Of a DNA stretch of 64,000 nucleotides, positions 29,747 to 41,720 are shown piece by piece. The DNA lies in the NCBI GenBank assembly GCA_963772835.1, contig CAVYYZ010000001.1, positions 1-64,000 of the forward strand, written 5' to 3'. Source of the DNA: an uncultured delta proteobacterium. Its GTDB lineage: Bacteria > Desulfobacterota > Desulfuromonadia > Geobacterales > Pseudopelobacteraceae. Positions within the stretch are counted from its first letter, which is position 1. Each line of letters opens with the position of its first letter. The translations under genes and the position numbers were made by a program. Under the pieces are notes generated by a model, which was not told the DNA's origin, ran no database searches, and saw nothing but the letters and a program-made list of their open reading frames with translations.

Positions 29747-31412
29747 ATTTTTTTGCTCCGGCGGCGAGCATTTCGGCTGCGTGTTTCAGGGCGGAATCGG
29801 TAATCGTGGTGCCGGCCAGCATGCGGGCCACTTCGCGGGTGCGCTCATCAGGCTCAAGTTCCAGGAGACGGGTGGTTGTCCGGCCGTCCGTGATCAGTTT
29901 TTCCACCCGCAGCTGCTGATCGGCAAAGACCGCAACCTGCGGCAGGTGGGTGATGCAGAGCACCTGCTGACGCGCCGCGACGTTTTTCAGCTTTCTGCCG
30001 ACCAGTTCGGATGTCGCTCCGCCGATGCCGGTATCAACCTCGTCGAACACCAGGGTCGGGACGTCGCTGTCGGGCAGCACCTGTTTGATGGCCAGCATCA
30101 GGCGCGACAGTTCTCCGCCGGAGGCGATCCTGGCCAGAGGGCGGGGCATTTCGCCCGGATTCGGGGAAAAGAGGAATTCGACCCGTTCAAAACCGGTTGA
30201 ACGCGGCTCAGTCAGCGGTTCCAGCGCCGGCTCGATGATCGGCGCCCTTCATGGCCAGCTGGTGTGCCTCGCGCTCCAGCGCCAGTTTCAGTTTTGCGGC
30301 TGCTGTTGTGCGGGCAGCGGTCAGTCTCCACCCACCGCTTCAGCTCATCTCCAGCTCTGTCCCGCTCGGCTTCCAGATCGTGTCTGCTCTGCTCTCTGCC
30401 GTGCAGTTGTTCCAGTTCGGCGTCGATTCCGCCTTGTACGCCAGTATCTCTTCCACCGTCGGGGCATATTTCTTTTTCAGCCGGCCGATCTGGTCGAGGC
30501 GGTCATCAATCTGCTGCAGCGCGGCCGGGTCTGATTCGATGCGGGAAGCGTAGTCGCGCAGGGTGATGGCGGCATCCTCCAGCTGCAGGTAGGCACCTTC
30601 CAAGTGAAGCTGCCGTGCCCTGAAGCGAGACGTCGATGGTTGACAGATCGGCTAATTGAGCCGGAGATGCGACTGCAGCTGCCCCAAAATAGCGCCGTCA
30701 CCGCCATAGAGCCGGTCAAAGGCTTCGCTGCTGACGCCGCCCAGTTTTTCGGCGCTGGCCAGAAGCTGGCGCTGCTCCTCAAGCTGCTCCTCTTCACCCG
30801 GTTTGCAGTGCCGCTTTTGCAATCTCTTCCGACTGGTATGACAGCAGGTCGAGCCGTCGCTCCGCCTCACGCTCCGCCTGTTCCAGGCCGTCAAGCAGTT
30901 CGCGCAGAGATGACGAGGCGGCTGAACAGATCGGTGAACTTCTGGCGCAGCTCTCCGATGCCGGCGTACGCATCCAGCAGCCGCAGGTGATTTTCCGGTT
31001 TGAGCAGGGTTTGGGAGTCGTGCTGTCCGTAGATGTTGATCAGGCGGGGAGCGATGTCCATCAGCAGGGCCAGGGTGGCCATGCCGCCGTTGATGAAGAT
31101 CCTGTTTTTGCCGGAGCGGGAGATGGAACGTTTGACCAGCAGTTCATCGTCGGCGTCGAAGCCTGCCTCGGAGAGCTGCAGCCTGATTTCCGGCAGTCCG
31201 GAAATGTCGAACAGCGCCTCGACAACTGCCTCTTCCTCGCCGGAGCGGATCAGGTCGCTGGAGGCGCGATTGCCCATGATCAGGCCGACCGCATCGATGA
31301 TGATCGACTTGCCGGCACCGGTCTCGCCGGTCAGTACGGTCAGACCCGGTTTCAGCGAGATCTGCAGGGTGTCGATGATGGCGACATTTTTTATGGTGAG
31401 ATCGGTCAGCAT
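29745..31412 (-). CDS. recN: DNA repair protein RecN, heavily frameshifted between ~30.2 and 30.9 kb
   Basis: LTGETGAGKSII, IYGQHDSQ.LL, PLARIASGGELSRLMLA, LVFDEVDTGIGG, QVLCITHLPQVA. Confidence 0.92.
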
Positions 31413-31419
31413 CGCGGTT

Positions 31420-32286
31420 TTAACGCTCCCCCCACTTCAATTTGGTGCGCAGAAGCTCAAAGTAGTCACGGCTGCGGGACATCACCAGCGAGGTTTTGTT
31501 GAGCGCCTTGCGTACCTCTACTGAATCACCCTCCTGCAGCTCGATGCCGACCTGTCCGTCCAGGGTCAGGTAGACTTTTTCATCAAAAGAGGAGGCGATC
31601 GTAACGGAGACGATCGATTCGTCGGTGACGACAATCGGCCGGTTGGTAAGAGTGTGCGGGCAGATCGGGGTTATCACGATACAGCTCATCTGCGGCTGGA
31701 TAATGGGGCCGCCGGCGGAGAGGGAATAGCCGGTGGAGCCGGTCGGGGTTGCGACAATCAGGCCGTCAGCCTTATAGGTGGTAAGAAGTTGTGTGTTGAT
31801 CCTGGTTTCCAGGTCAATGATGCGGGCGAGAGCGCCCTTGTTGAACACCACGTCGTTCAGCACATGGTACGTCTCGTTCTGCTTCCCCTCCCGCAGCAGC
31901 GTCACCATCAGCATCATCCGTGCCGAGACTCGCGGGGTACTCTGGAGGCAGAGTTCCAGGCGCGGGTAGAGTTCCTCGATGGTAATTTCCGTCAGAAAAC
32001 CGAGGCTTCCCAGGTTGATTCCCAGGATGGGAATATCCCGGCCGCTGAAGAGCCGCGCTACGGAGATCAGCGTACCGTCGCCCCCCAGCACTACAACCAG
32101 TTCAGCCTGATCACGAATCTCTTCCTCGGTCATCTCATCAGGGTGCCCGATCAGCCGGGCGAGACTCGGTTCCACCAGCGGCAGCCGATCTCTTGCCGCA
32201 AGCCATTGTATCAGGTCACTGGCTATTCCCTGACAGCGGGGATCGTTCGTTTTGGCGAATATGGCGACTTTCTGAATCTGTTGCAT
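31420..32286 (-). CDS. nadK: NAD kinase
   Basis: LGGDGT, GINLGSLGFLT, LND, DGLIVATPTGSTGYSLSAGGP. Confidence 0.95.
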   Translation of the reverse strand: MQQIQKVAIFAKTNDPRCQGIASDLIQWLAARDRLPLVEPSLARLIGHPDEMTEEEIRDQAELVVVLGGDGTLISVARLFSGRDIPILGINLGSLGFLTEITIEELYPRLELCLQSTPRVSARMMLMVTLLREGKQNETYHVLNDVVFNKGALARIIDLETRINTQLLTTYKADGLIVATPTGSTGYSLSAGGPIIQPQMSCIVITPICPHTLTNRPIVVTDESIVSVTIASSFDEKVYLTLDGQVGIELQEGDSVEVRKALNKTSLVMSRSRDYFELLRTKLKWGER

Positions 32287-32351
32287 CGGTTATTTCCCGT
32301 GTTCATCCGGCTGTTGTTATGTAGGTTCGCCAGCTTTGCGGTGTCCGGAAA

Positions 32352-35012
32352 CTACTTCAACGTTCGTATTTTGACCAGGCTCTCTTCCAGAACCAGCTTC
32401 TTGCCGTTCACATCAGCCAGTTTCTGGCGTTCCTTGGCGACGATCTCGGCCGGAGCGCGGTCCACGAAGGCGGGGCTTTCCAGCTTTTTGGAGAACATTT
32501 CGATCTCCTTGTCGATCTTGCCGATCTCCTTCAGCAGGCGCTCTTCCTCGGCGGCAACATCCACCAGTCCCTTGAGCGGCACATAAATCTGCACATCACC
32601 GGCCACCTGTATGGAGGCGTCTTCCGGTTTGTCGATGGCAACGCCGATGGCAAGGTCGGAAACCCTGGCCATGCTGATGATGGCGCTTTCGTTATGCTTC
32701 ATCAGGCGCTGGCTCTCTTCATTGGCGCAGGAGAGGATAACCGCAATCTGTTTCGACGGCGGTACTTCCATCTCGCCGCGAATGTTGCGGATACCGCCGA
32801 TGACCGCCATGACCCGTTCCATTTCGGCGGCGTCTTCGGGGAAGGAACAGGCGTCACAGGACGCAGGGTAGGCGGCCTGCATGATGGTCGGGGTCGCTTT
32901 TGTCCCCGGCAGCGCCTGCCAGATCTCCTCGGTGATAAAGGGCATGAACGGGTGCAGCAGGCGGAGCAGGTTCTCCAGAGTGTACCAGAGCACATACTGG
33001 GTGGCCTGTTTGCGCTCCGGCGTGCCGTTGTAGATGTCCTGTTTGGACAGTTCCAGATACCAGTCGCAGAATTCGCTCCAGGTGAACTGGTAGAGCGCCA
33101 TGGCGCTTTCGTTGTAGCGGTAGCCGGTCAGGGTTTCATCGACGGTCCGGGCGGTTTCGTTCAGGCGGTGCAGAATCCACTTGTCCCCCTGGGATAGTTC
33201 CAGTTTGTCCAGGCTGATGCCGTCCGGATCGAAGCCTTCCAGATTCATCAGGGTGAAGCGGGCGGCATTCCAGACCTTGTTGCAGAAGTTGCGGTAGCCG
33301 GCGATGCGCTCTTCGGCCAGCTTGATGTCGCGCCCCTGGGCGGCAAAGGCGGCCAGGGTGAAGCGGAAGGCGTCGGTGCCGTACTGGTCGATGACCGTCA
33401 GCGGGTCGATGACGTTGCCCTTGGATTTGGACATCTTGTGCCCCTGGGCATCGCGCACCAGGGCGTGGATGTAGACATCCGTGAAGGGCACCTCGTCCAT
33501 GAAGTGCAGCCCCATCATCATCATGCGGGCCACCCAGAAGAAGAGGATGTCGAAGCCGGTCACCAGGCAGGCGGTCGGGTAGAAGGTCTTCAGCTCGGCG
33601 GTCTGGTCCGGCCAGCCCATGGTGGAGAAGGGCCAGAGGGCGGAGGAGAACCAGGTGTCCAGCACGTCGGTTTCCTGGCGGAGTTCGTCGCTGCCGCATT
33701 TTGAACATTTGGTCGGCGCTTCCATCGCCACGGTTATTTCGCCGCAATGATCGCAGAACCAGGCCGGGATGCGGTGTCCCCACCAGATCTGGCGCGAGAT
33801 GCACCAGTCGCGGATGTTTTCCATCCAGTCGTAGTAGGTGTTTTCCCACTGCTTGGGCAGGATGCGGGTCTTGCCGCTTTTTACGGCGTCCAGCGCCCGT
33901 TCGGCCAGCGGTGCCACTTTTACATACCACTGCAGCGAGAGGTACGGTTCCACCACGGTCTTGCAGCGGTAGCAGCCGCCGACCGACATGGGGTGATCGT
34001 CGATTTTGTCCAGATAACCGGCCGCTTCCAGATCAGCAACGATCTGCTTTCTGGCTTCGAAACGATCCATCCCTTCGTACTGGTGACCGGCAGCGTTGAT
34101 GATGCCGGACTCGTCCAGCACGTTGATCTTGTCCAGGCCGTGGCGCAGGCCGACTTCGAAGTCGTTGAAATCGTGGGCCGGGGTGATCTTGACCACGCCG
34201 GTGCCGAACTCGCGATCCACATAGTCATCGGCCACAACCGGGATTTCACGGTTCAGGAGCGGCAGAAGAACTTTTTTGCCAACCAGGTCGCTGTAGCGCT
34301 CATCTTCCGGATGCACCGCCACGGCGGTATCGCCCAGCATGGTTTCCGGGCGGGTGGTTGCAACGGTCACAAAGCGCCCCGGTTCGCCGACCACCGGGTA
34401 GCGGATGTGCCAGAGATGCCCCTTGTGATCTTCATGCTCGACTTCGATATCGGAAAGGGCGGTGTGGCAGCGCGGGCACCAGTTGATCAGACGGTTGTCG
34501 CGGTAGATCAGGCCATCTTCGTACAGTTTGACGAAGACGGTGCGCACCGCCTTGGACAGCCCTTCATCCATGGTGAAGCGTTCGCGTTCCCAGTCGCAGG
34601 ATGCGCCAAGACGTTTCAGCTGGCCGATGATCTGGCCGCCGGACTCGGCTTTCCACTTCCAGACCCGCTCGATAAAGGCTTCACGCCCCAGATCGTGGCG
34701 ATCCTTCCCCTCGGCGGCCAGCTGCCGCTCGACCACGTTCTGGGTGGCGATGCCGGCATGGTCGGTGCCCGGCATCCAGAGTACGTTATACCCCTGCATC
34801 CGTTTCCAGCGGCAGAGGATATCCTGCAGCGTGTTGTTGAGGGCATGCCCCATATGCAGGGCGCCGGTTACGTTGGGAGGAGGGATTACTATGGAGTACG
34901 GTTTTTTGTCCGAGGTGGCGGCGGCGCGGAAATACCCTTTCGTTTCCCATTCGGTGTACCATCTTTTTTCAACATCATGGGGTTCGTACCCCTTGGCGAG
35001 TTCTTTGGTCAT
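32352..35012 (-). CDS. valS: Valine--tRNA ligase
   Basis: PPPNVTGALHMGH, GTDHAGIATQ, DWCISRQIWWGH, KMSKS, C-terminal coiled coil. Confidence 0.98.
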   Translation of the reverse strand: MTKELAKGYEPHDVEKRWYTEWETKGYFRAAATSDKKPYSIVIPPPNVTGALHMGHALNNTLQDILCRWKRMQGYNVLWMPGTDHAGIATQNVVERQLAAEGKDRHDLGREAFIERVWKWKAESGGQIIGQLKRLGASCDWERERFTMDEGLSKAVRTVFVKLYEDGLIYRDNRLINWCPRCHTALSDIEVEHEDHKGHLWHIRYPVVGEPGRFVTVATTRPETMLGDTAVAVHPEDERYSDLVGKKVLLPLLNREIPVVADDYVDREFGTGVVKITPAHDFNDFEVGLRHGLDKINVLDESGIINAAGHQYEGMDRFEARKQIVADLEAAGYLDKIDDHPMSVGGCYRCKTVVEPYLSLQWYVKVAPLAERALDAVKSGKTRILPKQWENTYYDWMENIRDWCISRQIWWGHRIPAWFCDHCGEITVAMEAPTKCSKCGSDELRQETDVLDTWFSSALWPFSTMGWPDQTAELKTFYPTACLVTGFDILFFWVARMMMMGLHFMDEVPFTDVYIHALVRDAQGHKMSKSKGNVIDPLTVIDQYGTDAFRFTLAAFAAQGRDIKLAEERIAGYRNFCNKVWNAARFTLMNLEGFDPDGISLDKLELSQGDKWILHRLNETARTVDETLTGYRYNESAMALYQFTWSEFCDWYLELSKQDIYNGTPERKQATQYVLWYTLENLLRLLHPFMPFITEEIWQALPGTKATPTIMQAAYPASCDACSFPEDAAEMERVMAVIGGIRNIRGEMEVPPSKQIAVILSCANEESQRLMKHNESAIISMARVSDLAIGVAIDKPEDASIQVAGDVQIYVPLKGLVDVAAEEERLLKEIGKIDKEIEMFSKKLESPAFVDRAPAEIVAKERQKLADVNGKKLVLEESLVKIRTLK

Positions 35013-35129
35013 TATGCAAATCCTTTATCTGAAATATCTGAGCGTAACCATATACTACTGTTGGCTGATTCAGGTCAAGCGCGCACTTGGGAGAGGGTGA
35101 AAAACTGAAACTGCGCTGTTTCGTTTCGC

Positions 35130-35158
35130 TTGACGGGGGGGCACATGTGTATTATTCT
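35130..35158 (+). promoter_or_regulatory. Sigma70-type promoter of the pgm-nifU-nifS run
   Basis: TTGACG-17 bp-TATTCT. Confidence 0.55.
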
Positions 35159-35198
35159 AACACGACAAAAGCTGTCCTGTTATCTATTGGGGGGTACA

Positions 35199-36618
35199 AT
35201 GACGCAGATTACCTTTGGAACATCCGGCTGGCGAGGAATCCTCTGTGAGGATTTCACCTTTGAAAATGTAAAAGTCGTTGTTCAGGCCATTGCCGATACC
35301 ATTAAAGCTTCCGGTGAAGGTGACAAAGGTGTGGTGATCGGCTGCGATACCCGTTTCATGGGGCAGCGATTTGTTGAGGCTTCCGCCCGCGTCCTGGCCG
35401 GGGCAGGCATCAAGGCGTATATTTGTGAACGGGATACTCCGACGCCGGTTATCTCGTATGAAATTCTGCGGCGCGGCGCTGCCGGCGGCATCAACTTTAC
35501 CGCCAGCCATAATCCGCCCGAATACAACGGCGTCAAATTTTCTCCCTCCTGGGGAGGCCCGGCACTGCCGGAAACCACGAACGAGATCGAACGGCGCGCC
35601 AATGCGACGGTTGGCACCGCATGTTATACGTGAGCTCTCTCTTGAAGAAGCCGGAAAACGGGGACTGGCTGAGACAATCAACCCGCACGACGACTATCTG
35701 AAAGCGCTGGAGCAGAAGGTTGACTTTGATGCGATCGGCAAACTGGGACAGGTTGCGCTCAATCCTCTGTACGGCACCGGACGCGGCTATCTGGACGATC
35801 CGCTCCGCAAACGCGGGATTCCGTACACCATTATCAATAACCGTCCCGATCCCTACTTTGGCGGACATCCGCCCGAGCCGTCCGAAGCGCACATCCCGGA
35901 TTTCATCTCTCTGGTCAAGAATGATCCCGATATCCGGCTTGGCCTTGCCACTGACGGCGACGCCGACCGTTTCGGCATTCTGGATGCCGACGGCAGCTAC
36001 ATCGAGCCGAACTATATCATCGCCCTGCTGCTGGATTACCTGATCCGGGTGCGCAGGCTTGAAGGTGGCGTGGCCCGCTCTGTCGCGACCTCGCACCTGA
36101 TCGATGCCGTGGCGAAAAAACATGGCGTCCCTGTCTATGAAACGCCGGTCGGCTTCAAGTATATCGGCGAATTGATCAGTCAGGACAAGCTGGTCATCGG
36201 CGGTGAAGAGAGCGCCGGTCTGACGATCAAGGGGCATGTCCCGGAGAAGGACGGCATTCTCGCCTGTTTCCTGGTGGCCGAAATGGTGGCTCGTGAGGGG
36301 AAAAGTATCCGCGAACTTCTTGACCGGCTGTACGGTGAGGTGGGGCGTTTTGTTACCCGCCGCGACAACCTCAAGCTGTCGCCGGAGCTGGAAATCGCGT
36401 ACAAGAACAAGATCAATGCAGTCCCTGCTGAAATTGCCGGGACGAAGGTCAAGGAAATCGTCAGAGTTGACGGTACCAAATTATTGCTCGATGACGGCAG
36501 CTGGATGCTGTTCCGTAAATCGGGCACAGAGCCGGTAGTACGGCTGTATGGCGAGGCGGGCAACGATGCGCGTCTTGCCGAAGTTATGGCCGCAGGCCGG
36601 AAGTTTATCCTCAGCTGA
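35199..36618 (+). CDS. Phosphoglucomutase/phosphomannomutase family protein, frameshift near 35600
   Basis: FGTSGWRG, TASHNP, DGDADR, GGEESAG, RKSGTEP. Confidence 0.92.
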
Positions 36619-36652
36619 ATTCAATAAACAACTATTTTGAAGGAGTTACACC

Positions 36653-37526
36653 ATGTGGGATTACACACCAATCGTTAAAGATCATTTTCTGAACCCCCGC
36701 AACGTGGGCGATATACCGGATGCCGACGCAGTTGGAGAAGTCGGCAGTCTGGCCTGCGGCGATGCTTTGAAGCTGTATCTCAAGCTGGATGACAACAAGG
36801 ACAAGATTGTTGACGCCAAGTTTCAAACCTTCGGCTGTGCCAGCGCGATCGCTTCTTCATCCGCCCTGACCGAGATGGTCAAAGGTAAAACCCTCGATGA
36901 AGCGCTGGCTGTCAGCAATCAGGATATTGCCGATTTTCTGGGCGGTCTGCCGGAAGAGAAGATGCACTGCTCGGTTATGGGGCAGGAGGCGCTGGAGGTG
37001 GCTATTGCCAAGTACCGCGGACACGAAGCGCCGGTGCACAGTCAGTGATCATGATCATGGCCCGGCATATCCCGACCAGGAGGGTACGGTTGTCTGTAAA
37101 TGTTTCGGCATCACCGATATCTTCCTGAAGAAAGTCATCGAGACCAATCGCCTGACCACGCCGGAACAGGTGACCCACTTCACCAAGGCCGGTGGCGGCT
37201 GCGGCGGCTGCATTCCGAAGATCAAGGAACTGATTGCGGAGGTGATGGGGACTCGTCCCGAGGAACCGCGCAAGCGTCCCGAGAAACTGTCCAACATGAA
37301 GAAGATGCAGCTGATTCAGGAGGTTCTGGAACGCGACATCCGGCCTCTGCTCTGGGCTGATGGCGGCGATCTGGAGCTGATCGATATTGACGGCGCCAAG
37401 GTGCAGGTTGCGTTCCGTAAGGCATGTGCCGGTTGTGCTTCGTCCGGAAACACCGCCCGCATGGTTGAAATCAAACTGCGCGACCTTGTTGCCGAGGATA
37501 TTGTGGTAGAGGAGGTCTCTCAATGA
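36653..37526 (+). CDS. nifU: Three-domain Fe-S scaffold NifU, frameshift near 37044
   Basis: [31 protein letters not shown]...GGGCGGC; DGGDLEL...ACAGC. Confidence 0.93.
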
Positions 37527-38700
37527 AAGAAATCTATCTCGACAACAATGCGACGACCAAGGTTGACGAAGCGGTCTTCGAGGAGATGCGTCCCTATTTC
37601 TGCGAGCTGTACGGCAACCCCAGTTCGATGCATTTTTTCGGCGGACAGGTGCAGAGCAAGGTGACCGAAGCCAGGGCGCAGGTGGCGGAGCTGTTGGGAG
37701 CGTCTCCGGATGAGATCATTTTCACCGCCTGCGGTACCGAGAGTGACAATGCCGCAATCCGTTCGGCTCTGGAAGTTTTCCCCGAACGTCGCCACATCAT
37801 TACCTCCCGCGTCGAACACCCGGCGGTGCTGACCCAGTGCCGCAACCTGACCCAGAGGGGATACCGGGTGACGGAAATCGGCGTCGACGGTGCCGGTCGT
37901 CTGGACATGGAGGAATATGAAGGCTGCTGTTGATACCGACACGGCGATTGTCTCGTTGATGTGGGCCAACAATGAGACCGGCGTTATCTTTCCGGTGGAA
38001 GAAGCGGCTGCCATCGCAAAGTCCAAGGGTGCCCTTTTTCACAGCGACGCCGTGCAGGCCATCGGCAAGATTCCGATCAACATGGCCGCTTCGAGTATCG
38101 ATATGCTCTCGCTTTCCGGTCACAAACTGCACGCTCCCAAGGGAATCGGTGTTCTGTACCTGAGACGCGGCACACCGTTTCGCCCTTTTCTGGTCGGTGG
38201 CCATCAGGAGAAGAGCCGCCGGGCCGGTACTGAAAACGCCGCGGCCATCATTGCCCTCGGCAAGGCCTGCCAGTTGGCTGGCCAGCATATGGAAGCGGAA
38301 AATACGACCGTCAAGGCGATGCGTGACCGTCTTCAGGACGCCCTGATGGCTGCTATTCCTCATGCCCGTATCAACGGCGGCGGTGCCGAGAGACTTGCCC
38401 AATACCACCTCGATCGCTTTCGAGTTTGTCGAAGGCGAAGCCATTCTGCTGCTGCTGTCGGAGTTCGGCATCTGCGCTTCGTCAGGAAGCGCCTGCACTT
38501 CCGGGTCGCTGGAGCCTTCCCACGTCCTGCGTGCCATGGGTGTACCGTTCACCTGTGCCCACGGTTCAATCCGCTTTTCGCTGTCGCGTTACACTACGGA
38601 TGCCGAGATCGATACCGTTATTCGGGAAATGCCGCCGATCATTGCCCGTCTGCGGCAGATGTCACCGTTTGGCAGGGAACATCTGAAAGGCGATGCGTAA
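37523..38700 (+). CDS. nifS: Cysteine desulfurase NifS, two frameshifts
   Basis: YLDNNATT, GNPSS, SGHKLHAPKG, SSGSACTSGSLEPSHVL. Confidence 0.93.
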
Positions 38701-38719
38701 CGATATCTGTTGATGTTTG

Positions 38720-38752
38720 ACAAAGGGCGGCCATTAATTGGTCGCCCTTTGT
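38720..38752 (+). terminator. Intrinsic terminator after nifS
   Basis: ACAAAGGGCGGCCA-TTAAT-TGGTCGCCCTTTGT followed by TTAT. Confidence 0.7.
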
Positions 38753-38844
38753 TTATACTGGAGAATCGGCGGAAATGAGGTAGAATATCCAGCATTCATT
38801 CAGGACATGGAATGGATATAGACCGTTTTGCTGGAGTGAATAAA

Positions 38845-40146
38845 ATGGAGATAAAGATACCTGAAGTCGGGGAGTCGGTGCGTGAGGCACTGCTGGCCAA
38901 GTGGTTTAAAAAAAGTGGCGATGTTGTCAAGCGTGATGAGCCGCTGTGCGAAATCGAAACCGACAAAATTACGCTTGATCTTAATGCCGATGTGGCCGGA
39001 CTCCTCACCATATCAATACCGGAAGGCACAACGGTGCCGGTCGGGACGACAATCGGCGTGATTGAGGAGTCTGCAGTTGTCTCTGAAACGCCGGCTGCTT
39101 CTACGGTAACTTCGCTGGCAGAAAGAGCTGTTGCGCCGCCATCGTCACCATCTCTGCGGCGTGAGATGCGTCAGGAGAATATTTCTCCGGATGAGGTAGA
39201 GGGAACGGGGCGGGGAGGGCGCATCACACTTGATGATCTGTTCACCCGGATCGAGGAAAAAGCGAAAATGCCGCCTCCGTCCCGCCCTGCCAAAAGCGTC
39301 GAACCTGTTGCCGTTGAGCCTGAACGCCAGAGTGCGGCTTCCGCACCTGTTCTACCAACTGCCACGCAATTGCCGGTGTCCCATGCGGATGCTGAGCCGT
39401 CTGAGCAATTTTCTGTGAAGACGGAAGAGCCGCCGGTGTATTCATCCGGTCGTGAGGAGCGGCGACCAATGTCTCCGATTCGCAAACGCATCGCCGAGCG
39501 TCTGGTGGCGGCCCGTCAGCAGACCGCAATGCTGACGACCTTCAACGAGGCTGACCTGTCGCAAGTCAAGGCACTGCGCAGTGCCCATCGCGAGCATTTC
39601 CTGCAACGTCATGGCATTACTCTTGGCTTTATGCCGTTTTTTGTCAAGGCATGTATCGAGGCTCTCAAAGAGTTCCCGTTGGTGAATGCCAGTATTGATG
39701 GCGATGATATTGTCTACCACCATTTTTATGATATCGGTGTTGCCATCGGCAGCGACAAGGGTTTGGTGGTGCCGGTGCTGCGAAATGCCGATCAGCTCAA
39801 GCTTTACGAGATTGATCAGGCAATTGCTTCATTTTCCGAGAAGATCAGAACCAATCATCTGGCTATTGCTGATCTGGAGGGGGGGACGTTCACCATCAGT
39901 AACGGCGGTGTGTATGGTTCGATGCTTTCCACGCCGATCCTTAATCCTCCCCAAAGCGCCGTACTGGGGATGCATGCCATTCAGGACCGGCCGGTTGTGC
40001 GCGACGGGCAGATAGTCATACGGCCGATGATGTATCTGGCGCTCTCCTACGATCACCGGATTATTGACGGACGTGAGGCGGTTGGTTTTCTGAAAAAGGT
40101 GAAAGAGTATATTGAGGCGCCGGAAGAGCTGCTGCTGGAAGGGTGA
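38845..40146 (+). CDS. sucB: Dihydrolipoamide succinyltransferase (2-oxoglutarate dehydrogenase E2)
   Basis: [12 protein letters not shown] lipoyl site, [40 protein letters not shown]. Confidence 0.93.
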   Translation: MEIKIPEVGESVREALLAKWFKKSGDVVKRDEPLCEIETDKITLDLNADVAGLLTISIPEGTTVPVGTTIGVIEESAVVSETPAASTVTSLAERAVAPPSSPSLRREMRQENISPDEVEGTGRGGRITLDDLFTRIEEKAKMPPPSRPAKSVEPVAVEPERQSAASAPVLPTATQLPVSHADAEPSEQFSVKTEEPPVYSSGREERRPMSPIRKRIAERLVAARQQTAMLTTFNEADLSQVKALRSAHREHFLQRHGITLGFMPFFVKACIEALKEFPLVNASIDGDDIVYHHFYDIGVAIGSDKGLVVPVLRNADQLKLYEIDQAIASFSEKIRTNHLAIADLEGGTFTISNGGVYGSMLSTPILNPPQSAVLGMHAIQDRPVVRDGQIVIRPMMYLALSYDHRIIDGREAVGFLKKVKEYIEAPEELLLEG

Positions 40147-40209
40147 ACACCGGGGACGGATTCAGGAAACAGTTGATCTTAGCCGTTAAAATATTGGAGG
40201 TTTTCTACC

Positions 40210-41675
40210 GTGTCTGAACAGAACTTTGACCTTATCATTATTGGAGCCGGGCCTGGCGGGTATGTGGCAGCTATCCGTGCTTCACAGCTTGGAATGAAGG
40301 TGGCCGTCGTTGAAAAACGTGCCACTTTTGGCGGCGTCTGTCTTAACGAGGGGTGTATTCCCAGCAAGGCACTGCTTGATTCCAGTGAGCTTTTTGCCGT
40401 GGCCCGGGACCGATTTGCTCTGCACGGCATAGTTGTTGAGCCTCCGCAGCTTGATCTCGATGCCATGATGCTGCGCAAGGAGGATGTGGTCAAGAAAATG
40501 ACCGATGGTATTGCCTATCTGTTCAAGAAAAACGAAATTGAACGTCTTCATGGCACAGCTGTTCTCAAGGGTGTCAATGCTGCCGGACTGCATCAGGTGG
40601 AGGTGACGCCGACGGTTCCCCCGCCCGTTGCAAACGGACAGCAAAGCCTTCTGGAGCCTGTTCCGCAAGCGACAGATAACTCTCACCGCTCCGAAGGTGA
40701 TTCTTGCGACCGGCAGCGAAGCGGCCGCTCTGTCAGGCATTCCCTTTGACGGCCACGTTGTCGTCACTGCGCGCGATGCGCTCTCGTTCGATCGCGTACC
40801 TGAACACTGATCGTAGCCGGTGGTGGTGCAATCGGGCTCGAACTCGGCTCCGTCTGGCGGCGCCTGGGTGCCCAGGTAACGGTGATGGAGATGCTGCCGC
40901 AGATTCTGCCGAATATGGATCGTCAGGTCGCCGATACGCTCTATCGATCACTGCGGAAGCAGGGAATCCAGTTCAAGCTGGTACACGCATTACCGGAGTA
41001 CGCCGGATCGGTGCCAAGGCGATTGTCCTGTTCAACTCCGGAACCGGCAGCGAAGAGGTCGATTGCGACAAAGTGCTGGTCGCGGTCGGACGACGTCCTT
41101 CCACGTCTGGTCTCGGTCTGGAGGAGATTGGTGTCACGCTGGATGAATCGGGGCGGGTGATTGTCGATGATTCGTATCAATCATCGGTGGCGGGGGTTTT
41201 TGCCGTTGGTGATCTGGTGGCGGGCCCGATGCTGGCTCATAAGGCGTCCGAGGAAGGGGTTGCCTGTGTCGAGCGGATGGCGGGTATGACGACCAAGGTT
41301 GAATACGAGTACATTCCGGGAGCGGTCTATACCTGGCCGGAAGCTGCCGGCGTGGGGGCGACGGAAGAACAGCTCAAGGCAGCCGGTATACCATACCGCA
41401 GTGGCCGCTTTAATTTTGCCGCTCTCGGTCGGGCGCGCTGCATGGATGAAACGGAAGGTTTTGTCAAGATTCTTGCCCACCTGGAAACCGACCGGGTGCT
41501 GGGTGTTCATATCGTTGGTCCACGGGCATCTGACCTGATTTCCGAGGCGGCTACGGTGATGAGTTTTGGCGGCACAGCCCGTGATATTGCTCTCATCTGC
41601 CATGCCCATCCTACTCTTCCTGAGGCAATCAGGGAAGCGGCGCTGGATGTTCATAAAGAGGCGATACACGCCTGA
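40210..41675 (+). CDS. lpdA: Dihydrolipoamide dehydrogenase, about three frameshifts
   Basis: GAGPGGYVAA, GGVCLNEGCIPSK, GPMLAHKA, HAHPTLPE. Confidence 0.93.
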
Positions 41676-41720
41676 TCGCATATGCAACGCCCACATTAAT
41701 AATCTGATAAGGAAACATCC

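Noticed and set aside
36653..38700. Nitrogen-fixation cluster
   Set aside because: Only nifU/nifS are present, consistent with housekeeping NIF-type Fe-S assembly; no nifHDK in the window
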